From positions 21,574,217 through 21,623,276 of the forward strand of contig NC_134031.1 in the NCBI RefSeq assembly GCF_964204645.1: a DNA stretch of 49,060 nt, given 5' to 3'. The notes below the pieces were generated by a model. It made no database searches and had not been told where the DNA came from. It was given only the letters and a program-made list of their open reading frames with translations. Shown piece after piece: positions 8,832 through 21,600 of this stretch (position 1 is the stretch's first letter; each line of letters begins with the position of its first letter). This stretch comes from Tubulanus polymorphus (taxonomy: Eukaryota > Animalia > Nemertea). A program made the position numbers and the translations under genes.

Positions 8832-11511
8832 CGGTTCCTGAACTTCGCTGAAAAAGCTGAAACACTAAAACGATGAAACGCTGAAATAAAAACGCTGAAA
8901 TTTCAGGGAATTTCCGAAAAACGCCGAAATATCAGGGAATTCCCGAAAAACGCTGAAATCGTGCTAGGTACCGACAATACACGTTTTGAAATTCTTTCCG
9001 GTCCGGTGTCCGCTGCCGAGTCCTGAACCGTGTTTTAGACTCTACCTTCGGTTACAGAGACATGCCTTGAGGTCGTTGTCATGTTTGACTTGATCGATTG
9101 CGGATTGCGTGGATTGTTAGATGTGTTTTTTGTTTTATGCGCATATACCGGTACGATCTAACAATGAAGTTATCACTTCATTTGAATAAATTCTTAATTA
9201 CAGTAATATCAATTGTCAATATTTTTTCTTATGTTTGGTGATTTCTTCCAACTTATCATTGCCAAGTCTCATACAAAAGTAGTAGTGAAAGTACAGCTAG
9301 TAAGGCTGAACCTGATAACCCAAATTAAGTGCTAGCATGAAACTTATGATTATTTAGATTCTATTTCAGTGTGAATAAAGGTTCAACCGTCATAGTATAC
9401 TGTACTTAGCGTTACTACGATTGGGTGCCATATTTCTACAATCTCTACAAGGAAGGAGTCTTGGAGTGTCTCGTTCCCGGGTAGGCATCCTCGCTTGCCA
9501 GGGGACCAGTATCGCTCCCACACTCACTTCCACCAGCCCCCTGGCCTCACGACGCGCGATTTCATTACCAGCGCTTTAGCGAATGACGTCATAGGCCTAT
9601 ATCAACACGCGACAATACTTCCGTTTTCGCTACGTGTTCGCTGATTGGTCCATTTACCGGGAAATTCCATAGATGCCCAATGTCATTTGTAACAAGCGCT
9701 GTGATTGGCCCGACCTGATTCTGGTCGGCTAGTAACGACTCGTGAGGTCAAGCGGTTCGGAGAACAGCTTTAGTGTAGCGGGTTCGAATCCCTTGACAGG
9801 TGAAGATGCCGGGTAGGGTACGGGGTAAAACCTGGTTTACTTTCTCTGTCTACTTGCTGGAGACTACTATCAGCAATGTATTGCATGCATTGATTTGTCT
9901 GGCTTATGAGAGTCGAACAACGTTTTCCCATACACAGGCTTGGCCTTAGTACTAGATGAAGTCTAGGCACTGCACATTGTGGATTGACTGGAACTCTAAA
10001 CTCACAAAATTAAACGAGTCAACAAGAAAGATCCTATAATTTGACGTTTGTCTAATTATATTATTTAATAGCTTAAAATAATACTTAACACATTCTACAA
10101 GAGTACACAAAAGAAATCAGTTCTTACATTATATCAGAATCAATAGTTCGCTTAACTCGGGCTTGAATTCTGGTTCCATTGCTTCATATTCTAATGAAAT
10201 TCACTAGCATACCTTAGAATATCGCTTAGCTTAAGATAAAAAATTTGGTACCAGGAAAACGAGGAAGTAAAGTGGGTGTACTGTACATCCGATATTGACT
10301 TATTTCTCTCTGGTTGAATCAAGTTATTACTGAAATAGCATTCGAATAGCCATTTTGTTTTTAAAAATTGTGTCGTTCAGCTATCCTGCTGCAAATTTCG
10401 CAGTTGAAGTTAACTAGTGCCAGCTGATTTCTCAGTATCTCAAATTTGCACATTCTTAGCCCGAGTCTAAAAATAGAAAAAAGTGCATTTAAAGTAGGAA
10501 ATAAAAGAATAGTGGCTAATACACCCTGGAGATATAGCCTATGGGGTGGGCCTAGTTTGAAAGCACTGAGGTCCGAGGGAACAGCACTTTGTAAATAAAT
10601 ACTGAAATTAAACTTACAAAACACCCAATACTTGAGATTATGTACTTGACAAGAAGTGTGTCCAGCTAAGCAAATCAACTTTGTCTATGACTCCTCCTTT
10701 TATAGATACCGTAGTAGTCTAAAAATAAGAATCGGTACATTTTTCTAACAGTTGGTATGTCATTTTTTGAAAAAAAAAAACTTATTATTATCACAACACA
10801 GCAAATAAATTACAGTTGTTGAATGGTTTGCACGATTTAGATTAATTGGTTGATGCTAATTAGTATGATCTATAAGTAGGGGCCTACTGCAAGTCATTGG
10901 CGTCAATCCATTCCATTCACGGTGAATTAAAAAGAGATTTAGTTAGATCCCTTTGTCCAAAAGCTGCATCATTAATATAACTAGCTGTCAAATTTAATTT
11001 ACCTCCTTCAGAGAATGCCATAGTCCGTCGCCCATTAATGTGTTGACAAAAGAAAAGTTGCTTATAATCCTGTTTTATACATGGTCATGAACGATACGTC
11101 TTGCAGAAGTAAACCATATTCTTGGAATATTGAGCATAGTGTTTAAGTTGGCTTGCACGGTTTGTGAATGGGTTTTCCTCATCATGCTGCCTGTATGGAT
11201 TAAAAATCCGGATTTCAAGCGAATTAATTTGTCCAACAAGTGGCCCTCTAGAAGTATACTCCACACATACCGCCCATGTATGTCTCTGTAACCGAAGGTG
11301 GAGACTAAAACACGGTTCAGGACTCGGCAGCGGACACCAGCCCGGAAAATATTTCAAAACGTGTATTGTCGGTACCTATCACGATTTCAGCGTTTTTCGG
11401 GAATTCCCTGAAATTTCGGCGTTTTTCGGAAATTCCCTGAAATTTCAGCGTTTTTATTTCAGCGATTCAGCGTTTCAGTGTTTCAGCTTTTTCAGCGAAG
11501 TTCAGGAACCG
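8832..11511. mobile_element. Non-autonomous DNA transposon, ~232-bp TIRs, 9-bp TSD (Mutator/MULE-like)
   Basis: TIRs 8832-9063 / 11280-11511 (CGGTTCCTGAACTTCGCTG...); TSD GTTATGTTA at 8823-8831 and 11512-11520; no transposase ORF. Confidence 0.92.
9740..10020 (+). mobile_element. Possible tRNA-derived SINE relic inside the TIR element
   Basis: A-box-like GAGGTCAAGCGG (~9744) and B-box GGTTCGAATCCC (9781-9792); A-rich tail near 10000-10020. Confidence 0.3.
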
Positions 11512-14500
11512 GTTATGTTATCATTTTTTATCTTTAATATGTAAGAATCTGTATCAAAATATAATATTTCTATATGTTTTTCTCCAAAAAGTGGTTGTAA
11601 TACATTATAATAGAATTCATACATTAGTAATTTTGATAATTCTAAAACTGAAGCGCCAACATAGATTGGTTTATTAAATTTCATTGATGTTCTTCTCATT
11701 TTAACTGCAGCTAAATTTTCATCAAATATTCTGTTACCAATGAACTTAGGATGTGTTTGTAAATGTCTAATTCTTTTACCATTACTGACTAACTCAATAT
11801 CATTTCTATTTCTAATATTTTCACAAGTCTTACCATAGAATGCATTATTCATTAACTTGAAGAAATCTTTCTCGAAATCAGTTTTAGCTTCAGTTCTCTG
11901 TTTGGTGTTAAAATCTATATATTTTTCTAACCACTTAGATTGACTAAATGAAATATATCTATGTACTTTTTTTAGAACCATTCCTTGATTCAAATAAAAC
12001 TTTAACATTCTATAATGTACTACATAATTATATTTATCTTCTTGAGTTACCATTAACTTTTCTGTATGAATATGATTTTCGGTTTAATTCTTTTTTGGTA
12101 ATTTGATAATTCTTCATGAGTTACAGTTTTATGTTCTGGACAGTATGCTAGATTTCTAGATTTAAATTTAATATGTTCAGGATATTCTAAATCTACAACA
12201 AAGAAGTAACCAGTATCTGAATCATCTGCAATATCTAGAATTCTTTTCTTCCAATCAAATTTATCATTATTTTCATTCTGTAAAACTTCACTTATTTCAA
12301 ATACTCCATAAGGTTGTGGTTCCATCATTGCTCAACCATACAAATTATTTGCATCTATATATAATAACTTATATCCGGGGTTATCATTTACATTGAAATA
12401 TCTATCACCTAATACACCTGAAACTCCTCCTCTTATAGATTTTTCAGATAATAATAATTGATCTATATTTGTTAACAAATCCATTTTTATATCTGTAAAT
12501 TTTAATCCACAATCCCATGTTAATCCTGGACTTGAATAACAATGACAAGGATCAATATTAAAATATTTTAGGTTTACATCTCTAAACCTTTCGAATATAT
12601 CGGTTAATAATAATACATCTGATTTTAAATATAAATCTACTAATTGCCCATGATTTTCTATTTTGAAATGATTCCAAATATTCAATGTTCTATTATATAC
12701 TTCATCTTTAACGTATTCATTTTTTAATTCATCATAGAATTGTTCTTTCAATAATTCAGTTATGTTAAAATCATTATGTGATTTATAAAATGAATATGGA
12801 ATTGCGCCTTAATATCTCATTAATTGGAAATCATCATTATTTGGATAGTGTTGCTTTAATATCTTTAATTCATCATCAACTAATGATTTTGATAAGTTAT
12901 CTAATGAACTATTTAAAAATCTATATGAATCTATAAATCTTAGGCAACCAAATTGGAATGATATATAATTCTCAGATGTTTTAGCTAACATTCTAAATTT
13001 ATAAGTTGGTATTTTATCTTTTGATCTATTTGAATTTAATCTTTCTATTTCATTATTAATTTCTTCTATTTCATGGCATAACTGTTTGATGAATAAATGT
13101 GCATCATATCCTGATAGATTATGAAATATAACTGGTACAAAATTGATTTTCTTAGCTTGTAAGTTACAATTCTCATGCGCTGCGCCTCTAAACTTTCCAT
13201 TCAAATGATCATGGTCTCTTACTTTTTTATCTTTATAATTAAATATCTTTTCACAATAATAACATTTATCTGCAAACGCAAATTCTTCTTTATCTTCTTC
13301 TGTCATTATAATTTCTATATTTGTATTCTATAATTTACTAAATCTTATTTCATATTCAATTAATAAGTCACAAAAATGATTGATAACATTTTCATTTCTA
13401 TAATCATAATATTCACTTTCAATTAGTTCTGGTTAATCAGATTTAATATATAACCCGAAAGCTGCAGCTGATTGATGAATCTTTTTAATAGTATTTGTTT
13501 TTGGTGGTTCTTCAGAATAATCATTTTCATTAGAATTTAATTTCTTTCTTTTATAATATATTTCTTTTCTATCTTGATCAGTTAATTCTTTATTTAATGA
13601 TTCAAAATCTCCATATATTACAAATGGTACATTATTTTTGTAATCATATTTTTTGAATTCTAATATTTTATCCTTTTCGTTTGGTAAAACTAATTTACAA
13701 TAATCATGATTTTCACATAATTGTTTATGATTTAATAATGTACTTTCATTACTGAATCTATGTAAACATTTTCTACATAGATATATTTTATGGTGATCAT
13801 TTTCTGATTTAAATAATAAATCGATTTGTTTAATCCACATATAATGATTCTCATAATATAGTATATCTATAACACCATTTGAATCATAATCTTTCGATAG
13901 ATATAAAGGTTCTTATGTATAATGTTTTATATTGTTACCTTTTGTATTTGGTAATTTGATTAAATCAAATACATTTATTCTTAAATTATTATCTCTTTCT
14001 ATTTTTGGGATGTTTTTAATTATAACAGGATACTTATCCATCTTATAATTATTTTCAAATTGTTTATAATTTGTTAATCTATAAGTATGTTTATTATAAT
14101 CTTCAACTGGGTGTAAACAACTTATAAATGTCCATAGAAAACATTTATCATCTTCATTTTGTACATTTATTACAGCATTAGTTTTAAATGGTAGTTTAAT
14201 ATAACTCGATGCTTCAATATCTGGTTCTTTATAATATGATACATTATTTTCATCGATTGGTTTTGATTTAGTTAACTTATTATATTTTGTGTTATAAACA
14301 TGTAAAGTCATAAATATTATTTCATCAAATATTAAACCAGATCCTTCAAAATATTTCTCTTCTATTTTAGTTTTTACTTCATTATAACATTTATCTAATT
14401 TATCATCTATATGTTGTTTTGAAATAATATGTTGTGAATGAGAATTTATATTATATATTGGTTTATCTTCAGATTTTATGAATTTAACTTTTGATGAAAT

Positions 14501-15267
14501 ACTTATTTTAGGATATTCAACATCAGTAATTATTTTTGTTATTTCTTTCATATTTTCTAAATGTTTTATATTTTCTTCTAATGTTTTTCCTTTATGAAAT
14601 TTAAACACGATAGCTGCTGGACCAATATCACTTTTAAATGCTTCGGTTATCTCTATATCTTTTTTATTATCTAATGAATTAATATAATTTCTTACATCTT
14701 CCATGTATGGTCTTTTATTGTTTAATTTATTTTTTATGCTTTTAATTGTCTTCTGTTTCTATCATTATCTTTATCAAAATAATCTACACCTAAAATATCA
14801 TTATTCTTATTTCTAATATGACTTTTAGATTTTAAATGTTCATTATAATATCTTTTATCACTGAATGATTGATTACATGTATCACATTTGTATGTTTCTT
14901 TTTCATTCTTTAATTCATCTAATTTAGTTTCTAATATATCATCTTTATATTCTAATTTCAATTTATTCTCTAAATGTGTTTTAGTTTTATTGTGTCTGTC
15001 TTTTTGGGATTTATCTATATTGATATTACATGTTGGACAGTAGTACTTATTTGCTTCCATTTTAATATCAAATTTTTTTTTTTAAATTGATTTTAGAAGT
15101 TCAATGATTTATATCATGCATTATTTCAATCACACTTTACTAACACTTTCAATGTTTAAAAATCTAACTCACACAAATATGAATATTGGAATAATGTTGT
15201 AAATATATACTTTTATATTGAATAATCTATCAATTCAAATGTTATTCATTTATATGTTTATTTTAAG

Positions 15268-15677
15268 AGTAATAGGGGTAATGGGCTTTCAGGTTAAAGG
15301 TTGAATGGTTGAGTTCATTAAAAACAAATATTAAAAGTAATTTAAAACTATAATATATTTTCATAACCGTGTGTATTTCAGTTGAATAATAGAATAATTA
15401 TTATTATTAAAATATATTTGATTATATGAATTTGTGTATTGTAAATAAATCAATTGGTCGCGGAGCGGAGCGGTAGCGAAGTGGAGCGACCAATTGATTT
15501 AATACAATATGCTTTTGAAATTTAAATTATTGATATCTTAGAATAAATATTTAGTTATAATATAAAATGCACACGGTTATTAAAATATATTATAGTTTTA
15601 AATTACTTTTAATGTTTTGTTTTTTAATGAGCTCGACCGTTCGACCTTTGGCCTGAAAGCCCATTACCCCTATTACT
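15268..15677. repeat. Fold-back palindrome at the Polinton terminus
   Basis: ~110-bp arms AGTAATAGGGGTAATGGGCTTTCAGG... / ...CCTGAAAGCCCATTACCCCTATTACT; central 15-bp stem 15447-15461 / 15486-15500. Confidence 0.9.
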
Positions 15678-15945
15678 AGCATTTGATAAGGTTCAACATC
15701 AGCCATTACTAAAGAGGCTATTAGGAAACAGTATCAATGATAGGTCGTTAAAATGGCTCAGCAGTTATATCTGAACGGAAACTTGTAACCGAAATCAACG
15801 GAACGCCTCATCTTGGAATGAGACGGTCTAACTAGTGGAGTCACGCAAGGTAGTATCCTAAGTCGTCTTCTGTTTAATGTCCTGACAAATGACATACAAA
15901 GTAATCCAAAATATACCAGACCGAGTAAATTTCCAAAACGACCTT
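15678..15945 (+). pseudogene. Captured LINE (CR1/L2-like) reverse-transcriptase fragment, copy 1
   Basis: Translates to AFDKVQHQ..., KWLSSY, SGVTQGSIL, LFNVLTNDI; frameshifted. Confidence 0.75.
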
Positions 15946-15980
15946 AACACACTGTTCGACCAAAAAACTTAATGTTCCGA

Positions 15981-18245
15981 CAAAACCACGGGGACAAAAC
16001 CAAAATTATGAATTGTCGCGGGTGACAAAACCAAATTATTGAATTGTCACGGGCGACAAAACAAAAATAATGAATTGTCGCGGGCGATAAAACCAAAATA
16101 ATGAATTGTCGCGGGCGATAAAACCACAATAATGAATTGTCGCGGGCGTTAAAACCAAAATATTGAATTGTCGCGGCGATAAAACCAAAATAATGAATTG
16201 CCGCGGACGACAAAAACAAAATATTGAATTGTTGTGTGCGACAAAACCAGAAAAATGAATTGTCGCGGGAGACAAAACCAAACTAGGGGTCCAGGGACAC
16301 CATGCTCACTTGGGAAGTGGTTTCAAATGCTCAACAATCTAACAATTTTAATACATAACGCCCTCTAGTGACCATATACAAAAACCAATGACCTCGAAAC
16401 CCACCACAATCATAGAACATGTGAGCAGCTATGATTTTGTAATTGATTGTGATAACAAAATATGCCTCGTTACCAATTTAATATGTAAATACTAAGTTAT
16501 TCTACTATTCAACGCCCCTGGTGACCATATGCAGAACCCAATGACCTTAAAACTCACCACAATCGTAGTACATGTCATGAAATACAACTTTGCAATTGAT
16601 CATAGTAACAAAATATGCCTAGGTACCAATCTAATAAGGAAATACTAAGCCATTCTACTATTCAACGCCCCCTGGTGACTATATGGAATAACTAATGTCC
16701 TTAAAAACTCACCACAATCATAGACGATGTCATGAACTACAACTTTGCAATTGATCATGGTAACAAAATATGCCTTGGTACAAATATAATATAGCAATAC
16801 TAAGTTATTGTATTATTCAACGCCCCCTGATGGCCACATACTGGCCACAACCAATGACCTTGAAACTCACCAAAACCATAGAACACGTTATGGGCTACAA
16901 TTTTCCAATTGAATGTAGTAACACAATATGCTTAGGTATCAATTTAATGTGGAAAAACTTTTTCCCACCTACGAATGAGTACTGATGACACCAAGATGGC
17001 CGCCAATTGCGTCATAATTGGCTGATCAAAAATACCTGTCCCAGGTATAAAACATACCTCTCTAAAGAATACCCATCAGCAATTGCAATGAGAAATGGCA
17101 AACCAGTAGGAAGCTACGTGACCTAGAATTCTGGCCAAAATTGACATTTTGGGCACTAAAAAGGTCATAGGACGGCCATCTTGAGTCAGATCGACCCAAT
17201 TTTCTTATGCTGATGGGCCTTTGGTAGATTCAAATATAAACGAAAGATCAAGGTAATTGATCAAAGCGTCTTCGAAATTTCCCACGAAAACTTCGAAAAT
17301 GTTTAAAAAGTGCTGATTTTGGCAAACAACAATGGTTGCCAGTCGGCCATCTTGAATCTGACAGGGCCAGCTTTTGGGCTGACGATGTGTCTAGGGTAGA
17401 CACATGTATAAACCAAATATCAAGACATTCCCTTGAAGCGTCTTCAAAACTTCCCAAAATAACTGGATTCCGTCTATGGACCGACGGACGGACGAAAAGT
17501 GAACGTAATAGCCCGCTGGGACTAAATCCCCAAGTGGACTGAAAAAGAATTGTCGCGGGTGATAAAACCAAAATATTGAATTGTCGCGGGCGACAAAACC
17601 AAGCTAATGAATTGTCGCGGGCGATAAAACAAAAATATTGAATTGTCGCGGGCGATAAAACCAAAATAATGAATTGTCTCGGGCGACAAAAACAAAATAT
17701 TGAATTGTCACGTGCGACGAAACCAAAATAATGAATTGTCGCGGGCGATAAAACCAAAATAATGAATTTTCGCGGGCGTCAAAACCGTAAAGAAGAATTG
17801 TGGCGGGCGACAAAACCAAACTAATGAATTGTCGCGGGCGACAAAACCAAAAAAAGAATTGTCGGGGTGACAAAACCAAAATAATGAATTTTAGCTGGAG
17901 ATAAAACCAAAGTAATGAATTGTCGTGGGCGATAAAACAAAAATATTGAATTGTCGCGGGCGACAAAACCAAAATAATGAATTGTCGCGGGCGATAAAAC
18001 CGTAATAATGAATTGTCACGGGCGATAAAACCAAAATAATGAATTTTCTCAGGCGACAAAACCAAAATAATGAATTGTCGCTGGCGATAAAACCAAAGTA
18101 TTGAATTGTCGCGGGCGACAAAACCAAATTAATGAATTGTCGCAAGCGATAAAACCAAAATAATGAATTGTCGCGGGCGATAAAACCAAAATATTGAATT
18201 GTCGCGTGTGACAAAACCAAAATAATAAATTGTCGCGGGCGACAA
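15981..18245. repeat. ~31-bp tandem satellite (AAAACCAAAATAATGAATTGTCGCGGGCGAY), split by an insertion
   Basis: About 10 units at 15981-16283 and about 22 units at 17542-18245. Confidence 0.95.
16283..17541 (-). mobile_element. HINE/DINE-1-type element with four ~154-bp internal repeats
   Basis: Minus strand starts AGTCCACTTGGG..CCCAGCGGGCT (subTIR + IR), then (GTCC)n; ends CCCAAGTGAGC + small stem-loop; repeat units start ~16357, 16511, 16664, 16819; inserted in an A/T run with no TSD. Confidence 0.75.
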
Positions 18246-21200
18246 GATCAAAATCATTGTTTTCTCGCGTTATTTTAGTTTTGTCGTTTTGTCGTAATGT
18301 CGCCCTCATTTGCATATTCGTGTTTTTTATCTTACCAGCCACCATACTAAAGCTTTAAGGTCGCCTAAAACTCGATAAACACTTCAAGCGACACAGCGAA
18401 CGATCTCCTTTCCCCCACAGCGAACGCTTACTCCGAATGTCAAGTGTGAGTCAGCATACGGATAGGAGTGTGTTATATACTTGTATTTAGTAAATACCTT
18501 GTGGATTTGACAATGATCGGTATGTACTGTAGGAAATATAGAGTATTGATGGTATTGATATAGAGGCCCGCGGCCGAATAAAGTAATATATTTTTTTATT
18601 TTTATACCTCGTCGACATAACAGCTTTTCTCCGCTATATCTCTTCGGCGTGTTTAGTTTAGGCCTACGACTCCCCGGTACACTTATGATTTATCTTAGTA
18701 AATATACGGTTAATTTGGTAAAGAAAAATAGGTATTGCTAAACTAACTGCTTGACGCCCGCAGCCAAATCACTGGTAGTAATAAATTAATTTGTACTCGA
18801 TTTGATTCTCATGATGAGGAGAAACTCGCAGCTGATCCCCGGAACGACGATGTAGTAACACACGTCGATTCGTCGATGTTTACGGCTCGACAGTGCTTTT
18901 AAAATCTAAAGTAGTAAATTTCCAGTGTATCGGTAATATGATTTGATGAGGAAAATGGGCTATTGTTAAAATCACTGTTTGAAGACCGCGACTGAATTTG
19001 AAGTCTGCGGCAATAAATTAGTTCATTTATACTTGAATTGATAATCGAAGTGACAGTCGGCCTGCGGGTTGATTTCGGGATGACGACTCGAAAAACATGT
19101 CGTTCCATTGAATGGGGCTAAATTTTCGATGTTTACGGCCCGACAGCGATTTTGTAACTATGATTCGTGAAAAAACACGCGGAACGCAGTCTCAAATGTT
19201 TTGTGACTTTCTCAAAATGTATCAAAAATTTAAGTAATTTTTAGTTCATAAGTCTTCAAATATTCATAAATGAACAGTTAAAAATTGTTGAAACATGTCG
19301 ACTCAGCCGTAAAATCACCCATTCACAGTCCCGAATGTGGGATAATGTCGGGCTTTAGAGAACATAATGCCCCCGAGGTCTTCACATTTACAAAAAAAGA
19401 TTATGTAAGCGTGTCGCGCGTTACACCGGATAGGCACACAATAGAAATATGAGCCGCACGTTCATTTGATCATCACCAATTAAGAGGACCGCTATTGTGA
19501 AAATTGACTGCGGGAGGAATATTCCTCCCAAAGTCAATCGATGGAAACTTGACCAAGGGGTCTGATATTCAAACAATTGACTTTGGGAGGAATATTCCTC
19601 CCAAGGTCAAACGAAGAGAATTTGACCTTCAGTTCTGATATTCAAAGTATCGACTTCGGGAGGAATATTCCTCCGACTGTCAAACGAAGAAAAATGGACC
19701 TAGGTCTGATATTCGAAATATTGACTTTGGGATGAATATTCGTCCAAACCTCTAACGCTAAAAACCTGAGCTTTTAGAATGATAGGTCTACATAAATTAT
19801 ATTGATGTAATTGTTTTTAATAAATAGTATACTATAGCGACGAAACCAGACATATTTAGGCAATTTGATTGTTAATATACACTGTATTTGAGGGTCTGCG
19901 ACAAATAATTTTAGAAAGTTAAATAGCTGTAGTTCAGGTTCTAATAATGAGCCTAATATAGTCTTCACATCGCAATCAGTTGTTAGAATGCATCTTCCTT
20001 TTTCTTGTTTTGATCTGAGACGACTAGTTAAATTTTTTTCTTGATTGATTCACGCTGGGAGGTCTACATCAAATTATATTGTTGATCAAATCAATTATGT
20101 TTCAACTGCGAATTCACATTTGATATTGATATTAATAATCAATATTACTCGTCATTATATAGCGCACTGCTGCAAATTGTAACCAGTGTGCTTTTCACGG
20201 GTATAAAATTAACACAAGTTGAAGAAATCGAATTTGAAATACGAGGATTATAAAAAATAAGTTGAAGGTAGGGCGGAGAGATCTGACGAAAAGAAACAAC
20301 AAACGATATGGGCGCCAAATTGACCCATGCCTAATTGCCCGACCAAATAGTCCGACCTGACCTGAGTCAATTTAAGCCGAGTCAAATTAGAGCGTGTTAA
20401 TTTAAACTGGTTCTGGAAGTCAGTCACTTCGCTTTGCTTAAGTATGGACTCGTTTTAGAGTCTCTTCAAGCATTGTTTAGTATCGAATGAATGGGTTTGC
20501 ATTTGAATGTGAAATAAATTTGAACATGAAAATCAGCGCGCTCTTTGGTAAGCCATGAAAACAATTAAAGTCGGACCCTGATTCGAGCCAATTTTTTTGC
20601 AAATTAGCCATTGTCCTAGTTTTAACTTCTGATTTGTACCCTGTATAGGCCGGTTAATATTTCTGTTTGTACTCTTTCATACAAATTCGACAGATATCAA
20701 ATGGCATCTTTGATTACAGACACTGTTGACCGGTACACACCAATATGTCCATCCATCCGACATACGAGCAATCATCTCATTAATGAGATAATTGCTCGTA
20801 GATCCGACAGCTACGTTTTACAACTAAGAGTGCATAAAATCAGATTCCTAATGATATTACATGTATTACTATTAAGAATAAGCTATTAATATATGAATAA
20901 ATTCAAAAAGAATTTAGAAAATATCCTGCTTTGAATGGCTTTTAATTAAATATTGGAAAGGGCGATTTTGAAGGGGGAATTTTATCTGCGGTGTCACTGC
21001 TAATCGAGTAATCAAGAAGCACAAACTCCCTAAGGTGATAAAGTGTTTTAAGCAGATTCTTTTCCGATTGTGATCCCAATATATGAATTGCACATGGAAC
21101 TATTATGTATAAACACCTCTCACAATTTACGTAACGACTGAGTGGCGTCCTTTTGCACAAGCTATATTACACCATGATGAAAAGCCTTTTATAGTTTAGA

Positions 21201-21600
21201 GTTGGATTTCTCGATGTATAAATGCAAGGAGGGTCAGAAGCTTTATGCTCAATAACATTAGGTTCCTATAAATGTTTGCTATGGATTTCAAAATAAAAGA
21301 AAATGTACGTTTAAATGAGATATCTGTTTCATTACTCGTGATATATCGAGGAATCTCTGCAATAAAATTTGACGATTTCAAAATTATTACAAAATGAGCA
21401 AACTTTGTGATATCTGCTAACAGTATAAATTCAAGCGTACATGCGGATTTGAGTGATATGTAATAAATATCGTAGCGAATAATCAAAGTGAGAAAAGTAT
21501 CTACCGTAGCTAGAGATGATAATGAGTCCCATATCCAGAATATCTGAACCAAAATATCTCCCTAAAAAACCTTCAACCATTCAAAAAAACATAGGAATAT

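Larger units (their letters stand above)
8333..15060 (-). pseudogene. polB: Protein-primed family B DNA polymerase, fragmented and interrupted by a transposon
   Basis: ExoI VIYGDFES, ExoII FHNLSGYD, ExoIII YLKSDVLLL, motif A YIDANNLYG, B KLMNNAFYGK, C YFDTDS, then GKFKDE, SKMY, KLKG. EndoVII-like RDHDHLNGKFRGAAHENCN. Nonsense codons at 12332, 12809 and 13433, plus frameshifts. Confidence 0.95.
1..15677. mobile_element. Polinton/Maverick-type endogenous dsDNA virus (adintovirus-like); right part only, decayed
   Basis: AT-rich compact gene block with rve integrase, A32-like ATPase, capsid-like ORFs and protein-primed PolB; ends in ...CCCCTATTACT (AG...CT-type terminus) at 15677, abutting an unrelated repeat. 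Left end lies outside the window. Confidence 0.95.

Noticed and set aside
9740-9800. tRNA gene
   Set aside because: B-box present but no cloverleaf could be built; at most a SINE head.
11075-11544. ORFs as a transposase
   Set aside because: They lie over the TIR and lack DDE motifs.
540-15060. Polinton frameshifts as programmed recoding, alternative genetic code or pure sequencing error
   Set aside because: Both TAA and TGA nonsense codons replace different residues and a transposon interrupts polB, indicating real decay; some homopolymer indels could still be read errors.
15981-18245. 31-bp repeats as a CRISPR array, and the repetitive ORFs over them
   Set aside because: Units are contiguous with no unique spacers, there are no cas genes and the context is eukaryotic; the ORFs are translations of the satellite.
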